A DNA stretch of 64,000 bases from Gammaproteobacteria bacterium (GTDB lineage: Bacteria; Pseudomonadota; Gammaproteobacteria; QQUJ01), in the NCBI GenBank assembly GCA_050287605.1, contig JBNKCG010000081.1:18-64017 (forward strand), written 5' to 3'. The notes under the pieces are model-generated. The model worked only from the letters and a program-made list of their open reading frames with translations. It was not told the DNA's origin and did no database searches. Made by a program: the position numbers and the translations under genes. This document shows, piece after piece, positions 41,083-54,695 of the stretch (the stretch's first letter is position 1; every line of letters begins with the position of its first letter).

Positions 41083-41628
41083 ATGAAGTTTCTGTTCGAT
41101 TTCTTCCCCATCCTGCTGTTCTTCATCGCGTACAAAGTCTGGGACATCTTCGTCGCCACCGGTGTGGCCATCGGCGCCACTTTTCTGCAGGTGGGCCTGT
41201 TCTGGTTCAAGCATCGCCGCTTCGAGCGCATGCACCTGATCACGCTGGCGCTGATCGTTGTTTTCGGCGGACTCACCATCGCGCTGCGCGACGAAACGTT
41301 CATCAAGTGGAAACCCACTATCCTCAACTGGCTGTTCGCCGTCGCCTTCCTGGGAAGCCGCTTCATCGGTAACAAACCGCTGGTGCAGCGCATGATGGAG
41401 AGCAACTTTTCGCTGCCCGATCCGGTCTGGCGGCGCCTGAATCTGATCTGGTTCATCTTCTTCACTGCTATGGGCGCCGTGAATCTCTACGTCGCGTTCA
41501 CGTTCGACACCGCGACCTGGGTGAATTTCAAGCTGTTCGGCATGATGGGCCTCACCGTGCTGTTCGTCATCGCACAGGCCTTCTACCTGGCACGCCACAT
41601 CCCCGATCAACCCGAAGAGGAGTCCTGA
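41083..41628 (+). CDS. yciB: Intracellular septation protein A (YciB)
   Basis: MKFLFDFFPILLFFIAYK N-terminus and five TM helices. Confidence 0.85.
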   Translation: MKFLFDFFPILLFFIAYKVWDIFVATGVAIGATFLQVGLFWFKHRRFERMHLITLALIVVFGGLTIALRDETFIKWKPTILNWLFAVAFLGSRFIGNKPLVQRMMESNFSLPDPVWRRLNLIWFIFFTAMGAVNLYVAFTFDTATWVNFKLFGMMGLTVLFVIAQAFYLARHIPDQPEEES

Positions 41629-41931
41629 ATGCTTTACGCGATCCTCGCCGAGGACAACCCCGGCTCCCTGGCGCTGCGCCTTAGCGTGCGTCCCGACCAT
41701 CTCGCACGCCTGCAACAACTGCAGGACGAAGGCCGCATGGTGTTGGCGGGCGCGCACCCGGCGGTGGACAGCGAAGACCCCGGCGAGGCCGGTTTCAGCG
41801 GCAGCCTGATCGTCGCCGAATTCGACAGCCTGGCTGCGGCGCAGAGCTGGGCCGAGGCCGACCCTTACGTCGCCGCCGGCGTCTACCGCGCGGTGCAGGT
41901 CAAACCGTTCCGCCGGGCATTTCCGCGATGA
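41629..41931 (+). CDS. yciI: YciI-like protein
   Basis: 100 aa with a YciI-family fold signature (…HLARLQ…GRMVLAG…). Contiguous with yciB. Confidence 0.7.
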   Translation: MLYAILAEDNPGSLALRLSVRPDHLARLQQLQDEGRMVLAGAHPAVDSEDPGEAGFSGSLIVAEFDSLAAAQSWAEADPYVAAGVYRAVQVKPFRRAFPR

Positions 41932-42194
41932 GCGCACGCGTCGACGCCATCCGCGCACGCCTGACCGACGCCTTCGCGCCAGCCCACCTGGAGATCGTGG
42001 ACGAAAGCCACATGCACGCCGGCCACGCCGGGGCTCGCGACGGACGCGGTCACTTCGCCGTTACCATCGTCGCTGCGGCGTTTGCGGGAATGACACCCAT
42101 CCAGCGGCACCGCGCGGTCTACCAGGCGCTGGGCGAGCTGATGCAGACCGACATCCACGCCTTGAGCATTCAGGCGACGACGCCGAACGAGTAA
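41928..42194 (+). CDS. BolA-family protein
   Basis: 88 aa with the BolA HTH-like pattern (…[13 protein letters not shown]…HFAVTIV…). Confidence 0.75.
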   Translation: MSARVDAIRARLTDAFAPAHLEIVDESHMHAGHAGARDGRGHFAVTIVAAAFAGMTPIQRHRAVYQALGELMQTDIHALSIQATTPNE

Positions 42195-42216
42195 AGAACC
42201 CGGAGAGGAACAGGCC

Positions 42217-43038
42217 ATGCCCCCATCAAAGATCGTATTGTCCCTGATCGCCGCGGCACTGCTTGGGAGCGGCGGAACCGCGCTCGCGGCGGATGCCGCG
42301 GCCGCCAAAGACAAGGTGCTGCTCACCGTCAACGGCAAACCCGTCACCGCGGAAACACTGGATTTCTACACCCAGCGCCGGCTTGCCGACGGCAGTGCCC
42401 AGCCCGACAGCGCGGGTCACGCCCCCAACCTGATGAACGATCTGGTGGCGCTGGAGCTGATGGCCCAGCAGGCCGAAAAGCAGGGATTGCAGAAAGAGCG
42501 CTCGGTAAAGATGCTGCTCGACCTGACCCGCAAGAACCTGCTGGCGCAAAATCTCATGCAGTCCTATCTGCGCGAGCATCCGGTGACCGACGCCGAGCTC
42601 CACAAGGCTTACGATCTCGTCAAGGACCGCATGTACGGAGCGCAGTACCACGTCTACCACATCCAGGTGGCCGACGAAGCCAAGGCGCGCGACTTGATCG
42701 CGCAACTGAAACAAGGCGCCGATTTCGCTGCGCTGGCCAAAGCCAACTCTCAGGACCCGACCGGTGCCTCCGGTGGCGAGCTGGGCTGGTTCGGCAAGGG
42801 ACAGATGCCGCCGGAGTTCACGGCGGCGATCGAAAAGACCCCCGCAGGTTCCGTCGCCGAAGAGCCGGTGAAAAGCAGCCATGGCTGGCACGTGGTGCGT
42901 GTCGCCGCCACCCGCCAGCAGCCGCCGCCCAGCTTCGAGGATGCACGGCAAAACCTGGAATCGCTGGTGCGCAACCAGCAACTGCAGGCCTACGTGGTCC
43001 AACTGCGTTCGGAGGCCAAGATCGAACAGCCCAAATGA
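42217..43038 (+). CDS. Periplasmic PpiC-type (parvulin) peptidyl-prolyl cis-trans isomerase
   Basis: Signal peptide. Parvulin domain (…GGELGWFGKGQMPPEF…SSHGWHVVRV…). Confidence 0.8.
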   Translation: MPPSKIVLSLIAAALLGSGGTALAADAAAAKDKVLLTVNGKPVTAETLDFYTQRRLADGSAQPDSAGHAPNLMNDLVALELMAQQAEKQGLQKERSVKMLLDLTRKNLLAQNLMQSYLREHPVTDAELHKAYDLVKDRMYGAQYHVYHIQVADEAKARDLIAQLKQGADFAALAKANSQDPTGASGGELGWFGKGQMPPEFTAAIEKTPAGSVAEEPVKSSHGWHVVRVAATRQQPPPSFEDARQNLESLVRNQQLQAYVVQLRSEAKIEQPK

Positions 43039-43100
43039 TGCTGCGGGTCGAGTCGCAGCATCCAGCGTGACGAAAAACCGCCCCCGGGCGGTTTTTCTCT
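43037..43100 (+). terminator. Tandem intrinsic terminators after the ppiC-like gene. The second is bidirectional (A-run / hairpin / T-run).
   Basis: GATGCTGCGGGTCGAGTCGCAGCATC hairpin, then AAAAACCGCCCCCGGGCGGTTTTTCTCTTTG. Confidence 0.7.
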
Positions 43101-43213
43101 TTGTACTCACCGCGTTGCGTGCTCGGCGCAGGCGCGGCGACGGAGACTGACATGATCCCATCACGGGCGTCCGCTATCCTTGGACTCATGCCAACCACCA
43201 ACGAGACATCGTT

Positions 43214-44329
43214 ATGAGGGGGAAGATCATCGTCTGGATGGTGCTGTTCCTGGGCCTGGTGGCCGTGGTCAGCGCCCTGCTCTATCCGGCGCTCAAAGGC
43301 GCCTTTCTCGCCAACCCCGTCTTCAACGGAATGATCATCGGCGTACTGCTGATCGGCATCGCCGTCAACTTCCGTCAGGTTGCCGCCCTCAATCCGGAGC
43401 TGGCGTGGCTGGGCGAGCGGCGCCGCGGCGAGACCGGCGCGGATGCGGGCAAGATCCAACTGCTGGCGCCGTTGACGCGCATGCTGGCGGCCCGCGAAGG
43501 CAAGCTGCGCATCTCCGCCATGGCCGCGCGCTCGGTGCTGGACGGGCTGCGCATGCGCCTCGACGAGCACCGCGACGTGTCGCGCTACCTGGTGGGGCTG
43601 CTGATTTTTCTCGGCTTACTGGGCACCTTCTGGGGCTTGCTGGACACCGTCTCCTCCGCCGGCAAGGTGATCGCCGGACTTCAGGTGGGCGGCGCCGACG
43701 TCGGCGAGGTGTTCGAGCGCCTGAAGCAGAACCTGCAGGGGCCGTTGACCGGCATGGGTACCGCCTTCAGTTCGTCGCTGTTCGGCTTGGGCGGCGCCCT
43801 GGTACTGGGATTTTTCGATCTCCAGGCCGGCCATGCCGAGAATCGCTTCTTCAAAGCCGTGGAGGATTGGCTGGCCGAAGCGACACACCTGGCGAGCCCG
43901 GCCTTCGCCGACGGCGAAAGCTCCGGCCCCGCCTATATCGAGGCGTTGCTGGACAAGACCGCCGACAGCCTCGAGGCCCTGGAGCGGCTGGTGGGCCGCG
44001 GCGAGGAGGAGCGCGCCAGCATGCGCGAGCAACTGCTGCAGCTCACCACGCGTCTCTCCGAGGTGAGCGACCAGATCCGCGCCGAGCAGCAGCTCACCAA
44101 GGGGCTGGCGCGCCAGCATCAGGAGCTGCAACCGCTTATCGCCCGGCTCACGGAAGCCATCGAACGCGGCTCCGATGCCCAGGAGGGACTGCACGATCAT
44201 CTGCGCGGCCAGGAGAGCGCGCTACGCGAAGTCACGCAGGCCAACAGCGCGGCCCAACGCGAACTGTTGGACGAGCTGCGCCAGGAGCTGCGGTTGATGA
44301 CGCGCGCCCTCAGCGCACGCAACGACTGA
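43214..44329 (+). CDS. MotA/PomA-like proton-channel (stator A-subunit) protein with a 165-aa C-terminal coiled-coil tail
   Basis: 4-TM MotA topology: TM1/TM2 at the N-terminus, a roughly 70-aa loop, then TM3 (GLLGTFWGLL) and TM4 (TAFSSSLFGLGGALVLGFF). This parallels PomA GMIGTLIGLV and ALVTTLYGAILSN. The tail is heptad-rich. Confidence 0.75.
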   Translation: MRGKIIVWMVLFLGLVAVVSALLYPALKGAFLANPVFNGMIIGVLLIGIAVNFRQVAALNPELAWLGERRRGETGADAGKIQLLAPLTRMLAAREGKLRISAMAARSVLDGLRMRLDEHRDVSRYLVGLLIFLGLLGTFWGLLDTVSSAGKVIAGLQVGGADVGEVFERLKQNLQGPLTGMGTAFSSSLFGLGGALVLGFFDLQAGHAENRFFKAVEDWLAEATHLASPAFADGESSGPAYIEALLDKTADSLEALERLVGRGEEERASMREQLLQLTTRLSEVSDQIRAEQQLTKGLARQHQELQPLIARLTEAIERGSDAQEGLHDHLRGQESALREVTQANSAAQRELLDELRQELRLMTRALSARND

Positions 44330-44336
44330 CGACGCA

Positions 44337-45653
44337 ATGTTCACCCTCACCCGTCGCGCCCGCACCATCAACATCTGGCCGGGGTTCGTCGACGCCCTCG
44401 CCTCGGTGCTGCTGGTGTTCATCTTCATGCTGCTGTTCTTCGTCATCGCGCAGTTCTACCTAAGCGGCGTGCTGGCCGGACGCGAGGCGGCACTGGAAAA
44501 GCTGACGCGCAATATCAACGAACTGGCAGACACCCTGGCGCTGGAACGCGACAAGAGCGCCGGCCTTGAGCAGCAGGTAGCGCGACTGGATGCACACCTG
44601 CGCGCAACCCTGGCCGAGAAGGAGGAGCTGGGCAACCGTTTACTGCTCACCACGCAGCGGGCGCAGGTGGCGGAACAGGCACTGCAGGCCGCGCGCGAAA
44701 CCGTCACGGCAGACAAGGAGGCGATTCGGCTCAAGCTGCTGGAGATCGCAAGCCTGCAGCAGGACATCGACGCGTTGCGCAAGCTGCGCGAGGAACTGGA
44801 GAGCAAGGTGTCCGGCCTCGCCGGCGAGTTGCAGCAGCGCAGCGCCGAGCTGGGCGCTGAACGCGACCGCAGCCAACAATTGGAAGCGCAACTGGCCAAC
44901 CAACGCGAGCGCACCCTGCTGGCGCAACAGACGCTGCAACAGCGCGACATCCGCATCGCCGACCTGGGGGCGCAAGTGGTCTCCCAGGATCAGGCGCTCG
45001 CGGAGCAGCAACGGTTGAGCGAACACCGCCAACAGCAGATCGCCCAGCTCAATCAGCAGATTGCCGCGCTGCGCGAGCAGATCGCCCAGCTCTCCGCGGC
45101 GCTCGATCTGGAGCAATCGCGCGTCAAGGCGCAGCAGGTGGAGATCGCCGATCTCGGCCAGCGGCTCAACCTGGCGTTGGCGCAGAAGGTGCAGGAGCTC
45201 AACCGCTACCGCTCGGAATTCTTCGGGCGCCTGCGCGAGGTGCTGGGCAATCGCGAGGACATCCGCATCGTCGGCGACCGCTTCGTGTTCCAGTCGGAGG
45301 TGTTGTTCGCCACCGCCGAGGCAGAGCTGGGCGAGAACGGCAAGCGCCAGATCGCGGCATTGGCGACCTCGCTCAAGGAGGTGGCGGCGCGCATCCCCGG
45401 GGATCTCGACTGGGTGCTGCGCGTGGACGGACACACCGACCGCCGCCCCATCAACACCCCGCAGTTTCCCTCCAACTGGGAGCTCTCCAGCGCCCGCGCG
45501 CTCTCCATCGTGCGTTACCTGATCAGCCAGGGCATCCCGCCCCGGCGATTGGTGGCCGCCGGTTTCGGTGAGTACCGTCCTCTAACCACAGCCGACACGC
45601 CAGAGGCATGGCAACGCAACCGGCGCATCGAGATCAAACTGACGTTGCCCTAG
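44337..45653 (+). CDS. MotB-like protein: N-terminal TM with conserved Asp, a roughly 250-aa periplasmic coiled coil, and a C-terminal OmpA-like peptidoglycan-binding domain
   Basis: INIWPGFVDALASVLLVFIF resembles the MotB TM helix with its protonatable Asp. OmpA_C motifs DGHTDRRP and NWELSSARALSIVRYL. Begins 8 bp after the MotA-like stop. Confidence 0.75.
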   Translation: MFTLTRRARTINIWPGFVDALASVLLVFIFMLLFFVIAQFYLSGVLAGREAALEKLTRNINELADTLALERDKSAGLEQQVARLDAHLRATLAEKEELGNRLLLTTQRAQVAEQALQAARETVTADKEAIRLKLLEIASLQQDIDALRKLREELESKVSGLAGELQQRSAELGAERDRSQQLEAQLANQRERTLLAQQTLQQRDIRIADLGAQVVSQDQALAEQQRLSEHRQQQIAQLNQQIAALREQIAQLSAALDLEQSRVKAQQVEIADLGQRLNLALAQKVQELNRYRSEFFGRLREVLGNREDIRIVGDRFVFQSEVLFATAEAELGENGKRQIAALATSLKEVAARIPGDLDWVLRVDGHTDRRPINTPQFPSNWELSSARALSIVRYLISQGIPPRRLVAAGFGEYRPLTTADTPEAWQRNRRIEIKLTLP

Positions 45654-45934
45654 GACAGAGAGGGCTTTGCGAAGCGTACCACCACCGTGAGTGGTGCCCC
45701 GCGCCAAGACAGCACGTTTGAGTGGGTCGTGTTTTCCTTGGCGATCTCGACTCTGGCTTCCTGCTTCGTTCTACCTCCTGCATCCCTGCGGTCGTTGTCG
45801 CCTTGGTGAGAGTTCATCGGTTGTTGTTTGTCTAAAAACCTTGTCCGCTCGCCAAGCCGCCATGAACGGCACACGCGTTTTTCGACGATTTGTATTTCGT
45901 GCGATTTGCGTCTTCGCGTTATCAATAGCCGTCG

Positions 45935-49857
<3,923 letters not shown>

Positions 49858-49869
49858 GCCGCTATCCGC

Positions 49870-52800
49870 CTAGCCCGCCGCCATCTGGATGGCGTCGTCC
49901 ACGTCCACCGCCACCAAGCGCGATACGCCGGGCTCGTGCATGGTGACGCCGGTGAGGTGGTTGGCCAGTTCCATGGTGGTCTTGTTGTGGGTGATGAAGA
50001 TGAACTGCACGCGCTCGGACATCTCCTTGACCAGGTCGCAGAAGCGCCCCACGTTGGCCTCGTCCAGCGGTGCGTCCACCTCGTCGAGCATGCAGAACGG
50101 CGCGGGATTGAGGTGGAAAATGGCGAACACCAACGCCACCGCAGTCAACGCTTTCTCGCCGCCGGAGAGCAGGTGAATGGTGCTGATGCGTTTGCCCGGC
50201 GGGCGCGCCATGACGGTAATGCCGGTATCGAGCAGGTCGGTACCGGTCATCTCCAGGTAGGCGTGACCGCCGCCGAACAGGCGCGGGAACATCTCCTTGA
50301 GTCCGCTGTTGACCTTGTCGTAGGTCTCCTTGAAACGGGTACGGGTCTCGCGGTCGATCTTGCGGATGGCGTTTTCGAGCGTGTTGAGCGATTCGGTGAG
50401 GTCCGCATACTGCGAATCGAGATACTCCATGCGCTCGCTCTGCTCCTTGAACTCGTCGATGGCCGCCAGGTTGATGGGCCCCAGGCGCTGGATGCGCTGG
50501 GCGATATTCTCCACCTTCTCGTGCCACTCATCGCTGGTCGCCGATTCGGGCATCTCGTCGAACAACGCCTGCAACGCGAAGCCGGTCTCCAGGATCTGTT
50601 CCTCCACGGTCTGGCGACGCACGTGGATGCCCTGCCACTCCATGCGCAGGCGGTCGAGCACTTCGCGCACCTCCTGCACCTTCTGTTCGGCAGCGCTGCG
50701 TCCCTGCTCCAACGCGCGCAGGCGCTCGTCGATTTCCTCGACCTTGTGCCGCGCAGTACCCAACTCCGCCTCCACGGCGATGCGCCGTTTGAGCAACTCC
50801 TCCAGTTCCGAGGACAGTGCCTGATTCGGCGCCACCGCCTGGCGCAACGCCTCCTGCAGCTCCTCGCGCCGCGTCGCCAAATGGGAGATCTGGCTTTGCA
50901 TGCGCTCCAGACTCTGCTGGGTGGAGGTGCGGTTGGAGCGCATCGACTCCACACGCAGGGCCATTTGATGCACCTGGTCGCGGTCGCTGCGGGCGCGGGC
51001 GCGGCGCTCGTCGAGCAGGGTTTCGTGTTCGCGGCGCTTCTCCACCAGCGCCTCGCGGCGGCGTTGAAACTCCTCCATGCGCTCGACGGCACCATCGAGC
51101 CGTCCGCGCGCTTCGCGCACCTGGGTTTCGTCGCGCACGATTTGCTCTTCGGAGTCGCGCAACTCGCGGTTCAAGCGTTCGCTCCGCCCCTTGGCCTGAT
51201 CCAGCCGGCCGCGCTTGCTGGCCAGTTGTGCCTGGATCTCCGCTTTGCCGTTGTTGAGCCGGTTGAGCTGCGCCTGCAGCTCGTCGCGGCGTTGCTCTTC
51301 GTCGCCCAGCGTCTCGCGGTTGTTCTCCAGCGCGAGTTCGAGATCCGAGACGCGCCGGTCGAGGCTGTCGATGAGCGCGTTCAGCTCGCGGCGCTCTTTC
51401 TCGCGCTCCAACACACCGGCCCGCGCGTCGCTTTCGCGGACCACGCGCAGCCAGTGACGCCCCACCCAGATTCCGTCGCGGGTAACCACCGAACCGTGGG
51501 CCGGAAGCCGCTCGCGCAACCGCAGCGCCTCGCCGAGGTCTTCCGCGGCGTAGACATCCTGCAGCAGCCCCCCCAGCGGCCAGTCGCCGCTCACCTTGGC
51601 GGCCAACGCGATCGCACCGTCCAGGTTGCCGCCCGCCGTGGTTTGGTTGCGTTCGAAGAGGGTCACGGTGCCCCCGGCGATGCCGCTCAACAGTTCGGCG
51701 TAGGCGTCGATGCCGTCCACGCACACCGCTTCGATGCTGGGTCCTAGCACAGTTTCCACCGCGCGTTCCCAGCCGTTTTCCACCTGCAACTCCTTGGCCA
51801 GACGCGGCGCCTCCTTGAGGCCTTGGCGCTCCAGCCAGCCGGCCACCACACCCTTGCCTTCGCCCAGGGCCGCCTGCTGCAGCGCCTCGATGGAGGCGTC
51901 GCGCCCACGCGCGTTCTGCAGCTCGGTACGCGCCTGGTGGATCTCCTGGCCGTAGCGGGAATTCTGGTCGCGCAGGGTGCCGATGCGCTCGCTGAAGCCG
52001 CCCAACTGCGCCTCCATCTCGGCGCCTTGGGCGACGCGCTCCGTCATCTGTGTCTCGAGTTCGCCGATCTCGCGCTCCAGCGTCTCCCAGGAGAGGCTTT
52101 GCAACTCCTGTTCACCGCGCTTGATGGCATCACGCGCGCGCATCAACTGCTGATCGAGGTGCTGGATACGGGTGCGTTCCACCTCCGCGGTTTGCGCCGG
52201 TTCGGCCGCCAGGCGGTTGAACTCCTCCCACTCGGCCTGCCAGGTGCGCATAGCCTCCTCGGCGGCGGCCAGCTGGGCGGCCGACTCGCCAGCCTGCCCC
52301 TCGGCGGCGTTGATCTGCGGCTCGTGGGTTTGCAACTGTTCGGCCAACTCATTGAGGCGGTGCTGGTCGTTGTGGATGTGCGACTGCGCCTCCTGCCACG
52401 CTTTTTCCACCTGCTGCAGGTCGTGCTGTTGGCGATGTTCGGTCTCTTTGCCGTGCTGGATTGCCTGTTCGACGCGGGCGATCTCGGCGCCGACGCCGTA
52501 GTAGCGGCCCTGCACCTCGTTGAAGGCGTCGTTGGCCTCCACCTGCTGCGCCCGCCCCTCTTCGATCTGGCGCTCCTGGGCGCGCTGCTCGGCCAGCGCC
52601 GATTCGCGGCGCGTCTCCTGCTCGCGGATCTTCTGCTCCAGCGCCTTGTCCTCGCGATCGAGACCGCGCCAGCGCAGCGCCAGATGCTCGGCCTTGAGGC
52701 GGCGCTCCTCTTCTTTGAGCACCTTGAAGCGCTCCGCCGTCCTGGCCTGACGCTGCAGGTGCTGAAGCTGTTTGGCCACTTCTTCGCGCAGATCCTCCAG

Positions 52801-53379
52801 GCGCTCCAGATTCTCGCGGGTGTGGCGCATGCGGTTCTCGGTTTCGCGGCGCCGCTCCTTGTATTTGGAGATGCCGGCGGCCTCCTCCAGGTAGACGCGC
52901 AGCTCCTCGGGTTTGGCCTCGATGAGCCGCGAGATCATTCCCTGTTCGATAATGGAGTAGCTGCGCGGCCCCAGGCCGGTGCCGAGAAAAACGTCGGTGA
53001 TGTCGCGGCGCCGACAGCGTGCGCCGTTCAGGAAGTAGTTGGACTGGCCGTCGCGCGAGACGACGCGCTTTACCGATATCTCGGCATAAGTGGCGTACTG
53101 TCCGCCCAGCGAACCGTCGCTGTTGTCGAACACCAGTTCGATGGAGGCCTGCCCCACCGGCTTACGCGAGGTGGAACCGTTGAAGATCACGTCGGCCATG
53201 GAGTCGCCGCGCAGATTCTTGGCTGAGGTCTCGCCCATCACCCAGCGCACCGCGTCGATGACGTTGGATTTGCCGCAACCGTTGGGTCCCACGATACCGG
53301 TGAGATTGCTGGGCAGGGGGATACTGGTGGGATCGACGAACGACTTGAACCCAGCGAGTTTGATCTTCTTCAAGCGCAT
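49870..53379 (-). CDS. smc: Chromosome segregation protein SMC
   Basis: 1169 aa. Walker A (GPNGCGKSN), long coiled coils, a hinge, and the C-terminal signature LSGGEKALTAVAL with Walker B (CMLDEVDAPLD). Confidence 0.95.
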   Translation of the reverse strand: MRLKKIKLAGFKSFVDPTSIPLPSNLTGIVGPNGCGKSNVIDAVRWVMGETSAKNLRGDSMADVIFNGSTSRKPVGQASIELVFDNSDGSLGGQYATYAEISVKRVVSRDGQSNYFLNGARCRRRDITDVFLGTGLGPRSYSIIEQGMISRLIEAKPEELRVYLEEAAGISKYKERRRETENRMRHTRENLERLEDLREEVAKQLQHLQRQARTAERFKVLKEEERRLKAEHLALRWRGLDREDKALEQKIREQETRRESALAEQRAQERQIEEGRAQQVEANDAFNEVQGRYYGVGAEIARVEQAIQHGKETEHRQQHDLQQVEKAWQEAQSHIHNDQHRLNELAEQLQTHEPQINAAEGQAGESAAQLAAAEEAMRTWQAEWEEFNRLAAEPAQTAEVERTRIQHLDQQLMRARDAIKRGEQELQSLSWETLEREIGELETQMTERVAQGAEMEAQLGGFSERIGTLRDQNSRYGQEIHQARTELQNARGRDASIEALQQAALGEGKGVVAGWLERQGLKEAPRLAKELQVENGWERAVETVLGPSIEAVCVDGIDAYAELLSGIAGGTVTLFERNQTTAGGNLDGAIALAAKVSGDWPLGGLLQDVYAAEDLGEALRLRERLPAHGSVVTRDGIWVGRHWLRVVRESDARAGVLEREKERRELNALIDSLDRRVSDLELALENNRETLGDEEQRRDELQAQLNRLNNGKAEIQAQLASKRGRLDQAKGRSERLNRELRDSEEQIVRDETQVREARGRLDGAVERMEEFQRRREALVEKRREHETLLDERRARARSDRDQVHQMALRVESMRSNRTSTQQSLERMQSQISHLATRREELQEALRQAVAPNQALSSELEELLKRRIAVEAELGTARHKVEEIDERLRALEQGRSAAEQKVQEVREVLDRLRMEWQGIHVRRQTVEEQILETGFALQALFDEMPESATSDEWHEKVENIAQRIQRLGPINLAAIDEFKEQSERMEYLDSQYADLTESLNTLENAIRKIDRETRTRFKETYDKVNSGLKEMFPRLFGGGHAYLEMTGTDLLDTGITVMARPPGKRISTIHLLSGGEKALTAVALVFAIFHLNPAPFCMLDEVDAPLDEANVGRFCDLVKEMSERVQFIFITHNKTTMELANHLTGVTMHEPGVSRLVAVDVDDAIQMAAG

Positions 53380-53561
53380 AGCGGGTTACGATACCGAAAA
53401 ACTTTCCCTCGCTTCAACGCGGGAAAATAGTTGAAATTTATCGTTTAAGCTTATGTTTTCAATAAACTTATCGGACTCGTCCCTGGACCACGGCGCACCG
53501 CGGGCGTCTGCGCGCCCAGCCAGCCTCATCAACTTGTCATCGTCGGGAGCTGCGGGTATCG

Positions 53562-53960
53562 TTGCGCCGCATGACGACGCAACCTAGCAAAACCCTCGAG
53601 ACCTTCGCCAATCCTCAGGTGGGGCGCGATTATACCATCCGGATCCGAATTCCGGAGTTCACCTGCCTGTGCCCCAAGACCGGGCAGCCGGACTTCGCGA
53701 CCCTGAACCTGGAATACGTGCCGGATGCACTGTGCGTGGAGCTGAAATCGCTCAAGCTCTACGTCTGGTCGTTTCGCGATGAGGGCGCCTTCCACGAAGC
53801 GGTGACCAACCGCATCCTCGACGATCTAGTCGCCGCCTGCACCCCACGTTTCATGCGCCTTACCGCCGAATTCAATGTGCGCGGCGGTATCTACACCACC
53901 GTGGTGGCGGAACGGCGCGCCGACGGCTGGACACCGCACCCGCCTGTCACGCTGCCTTGA
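53562..53960 (+). CDS. queF: NADPH-dependent 7-cyano-7-deazaguanine reductase (unimodular type)
   Basis: QueF motif E(F/Y)[11 protein letters not shown]. Confidence 0.85.
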   Translation: MRRMTTQPSKTLETFANPQVGRDYTIRIRIPEFTCLCPKTGQPDFATLNLEYVPDALCVELKSLKLYVWSFRDEGAFHEAVTNRILDDLVAACTPRFMRLTAEFNVRGGIYTTVVAERRADGWTPHPPVTLP

Positions 53961-53963
53961 CTC

Positions 53964-54689
53964 ATGCTGTTTGACCTGTTCCGCGGTATCGGTTACCTAG
54001 GGCGCGGCATGCGCCGCCTGCGTCAGCCGGGTATCCGTCGCTATGCCATTGTACCGATCGCCATCAGCGGCTCCCTGTTCAGCGGCTTCATCGTCTCCGC
54101 CTATCTCGGTTTCGAGTGGTTGATGGGGCAGTTTCTACCCCAGGGCTACGAGTGGTTGCAGTGGCTGTTGTGGCCGCTGTTTGCCATCTCCATTCTGCTG
54201 ATTTTGATCTACGGTTTCGCGCTAGTGGCCAATCTGGCCGCATCGCCCTTCAACGGCGCGCTGGCCAACGCGGTGGAGCGGTCGGAAACCGGCGATGTCA
54301 CCCGCGCCGGCGGCATCGGCATCATCGGCGATTCCCTGGCCGCGCTGGGTACGGAACTCAAGCGTATCGGCCACTACCTGATCCGCGCGATCCCCCTGTT
54401 GCTGCTGTTCCTGATCCCGGGCATCAACCTCATCGCGCCTGCCCTGTGGCTGTTGTTCAGCGCCTGGGTGCTGGCCTCAGAATACGCCTCCCCGTCCTTG
54501 GACAACCACGGCATTTCTTTCAAGGCGCAACGTCAGATGTTGCGGCGCCGACCGCTGATGGTGTTGGGATTTGGCGGCGTAACACTGTTCGCGAGCATGG
54601 TCCCGATACTCAACTTCTTCGTCATGCCGGCCGCCGTGGCGGGCGCAACGCTGATGCATCTGGAGCACTTCCGTACCCAAACGCGATAA
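53964..54689 (+). CDS. cysZ: CysZ-like sulfate transporter (EI24/CysZ family)
   Basis: The N-terminal region QPGIRRYAIVP matches the CysZ PGIRRFV pattern. Four or more TM helices. Confidence 0.65.
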   Translation: MLFDLFRGIGYLGRGMRRLRQPGIRRYAIVPIAISGSLFSGFIVSAYLGFEWLMGQFLPQGYEWLQWLLWPLFAISILLILIYGFALVANLAASPFNGALANAVERSETGDVTRAGGIGIIGDSLAALGTELKRIGHYLIRAIPLLLLFLIPGINLIAPALWLLFSAWVLASEYASPSLDNHGISFKAQRQMLRRRPLMVLGFGGVTLFASMVPILNFFVMPAAVAGATLMHLEHFRTQTR

Positions 54690-54695
54690 TCCGCA

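Noticed and set aside
41006-41958. 5' extension of the trpH ORF (track ORF 40141..41958)
   Set aside because: The extension is antisense to yciB and yciI, which are clearly real. trpH starts at the MTCDTDFHLH motif at 41006.
43214-45653. Calling the MotAB-like pair a Zorya (ZorAB) anti-phage system
   Set aside because: No zorC, zorD or zorE-like genes are adjacent. The coiled coil on the B-subunit is not a described ZorB feature. The pair is embedded in core housekeeping DNA. It is kept as an uncharacterised MotAB-family system instead.
45650-45925. 91-aa minus-strand ORF in the long intergenic region after the MotB-like gene
   Set aside because: Low-complexity, Arg/Lys/Asp-rich. No RBS. 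It lies in AT-richer non-coding DNA. More likely non-coding or a possible sRNA locus.
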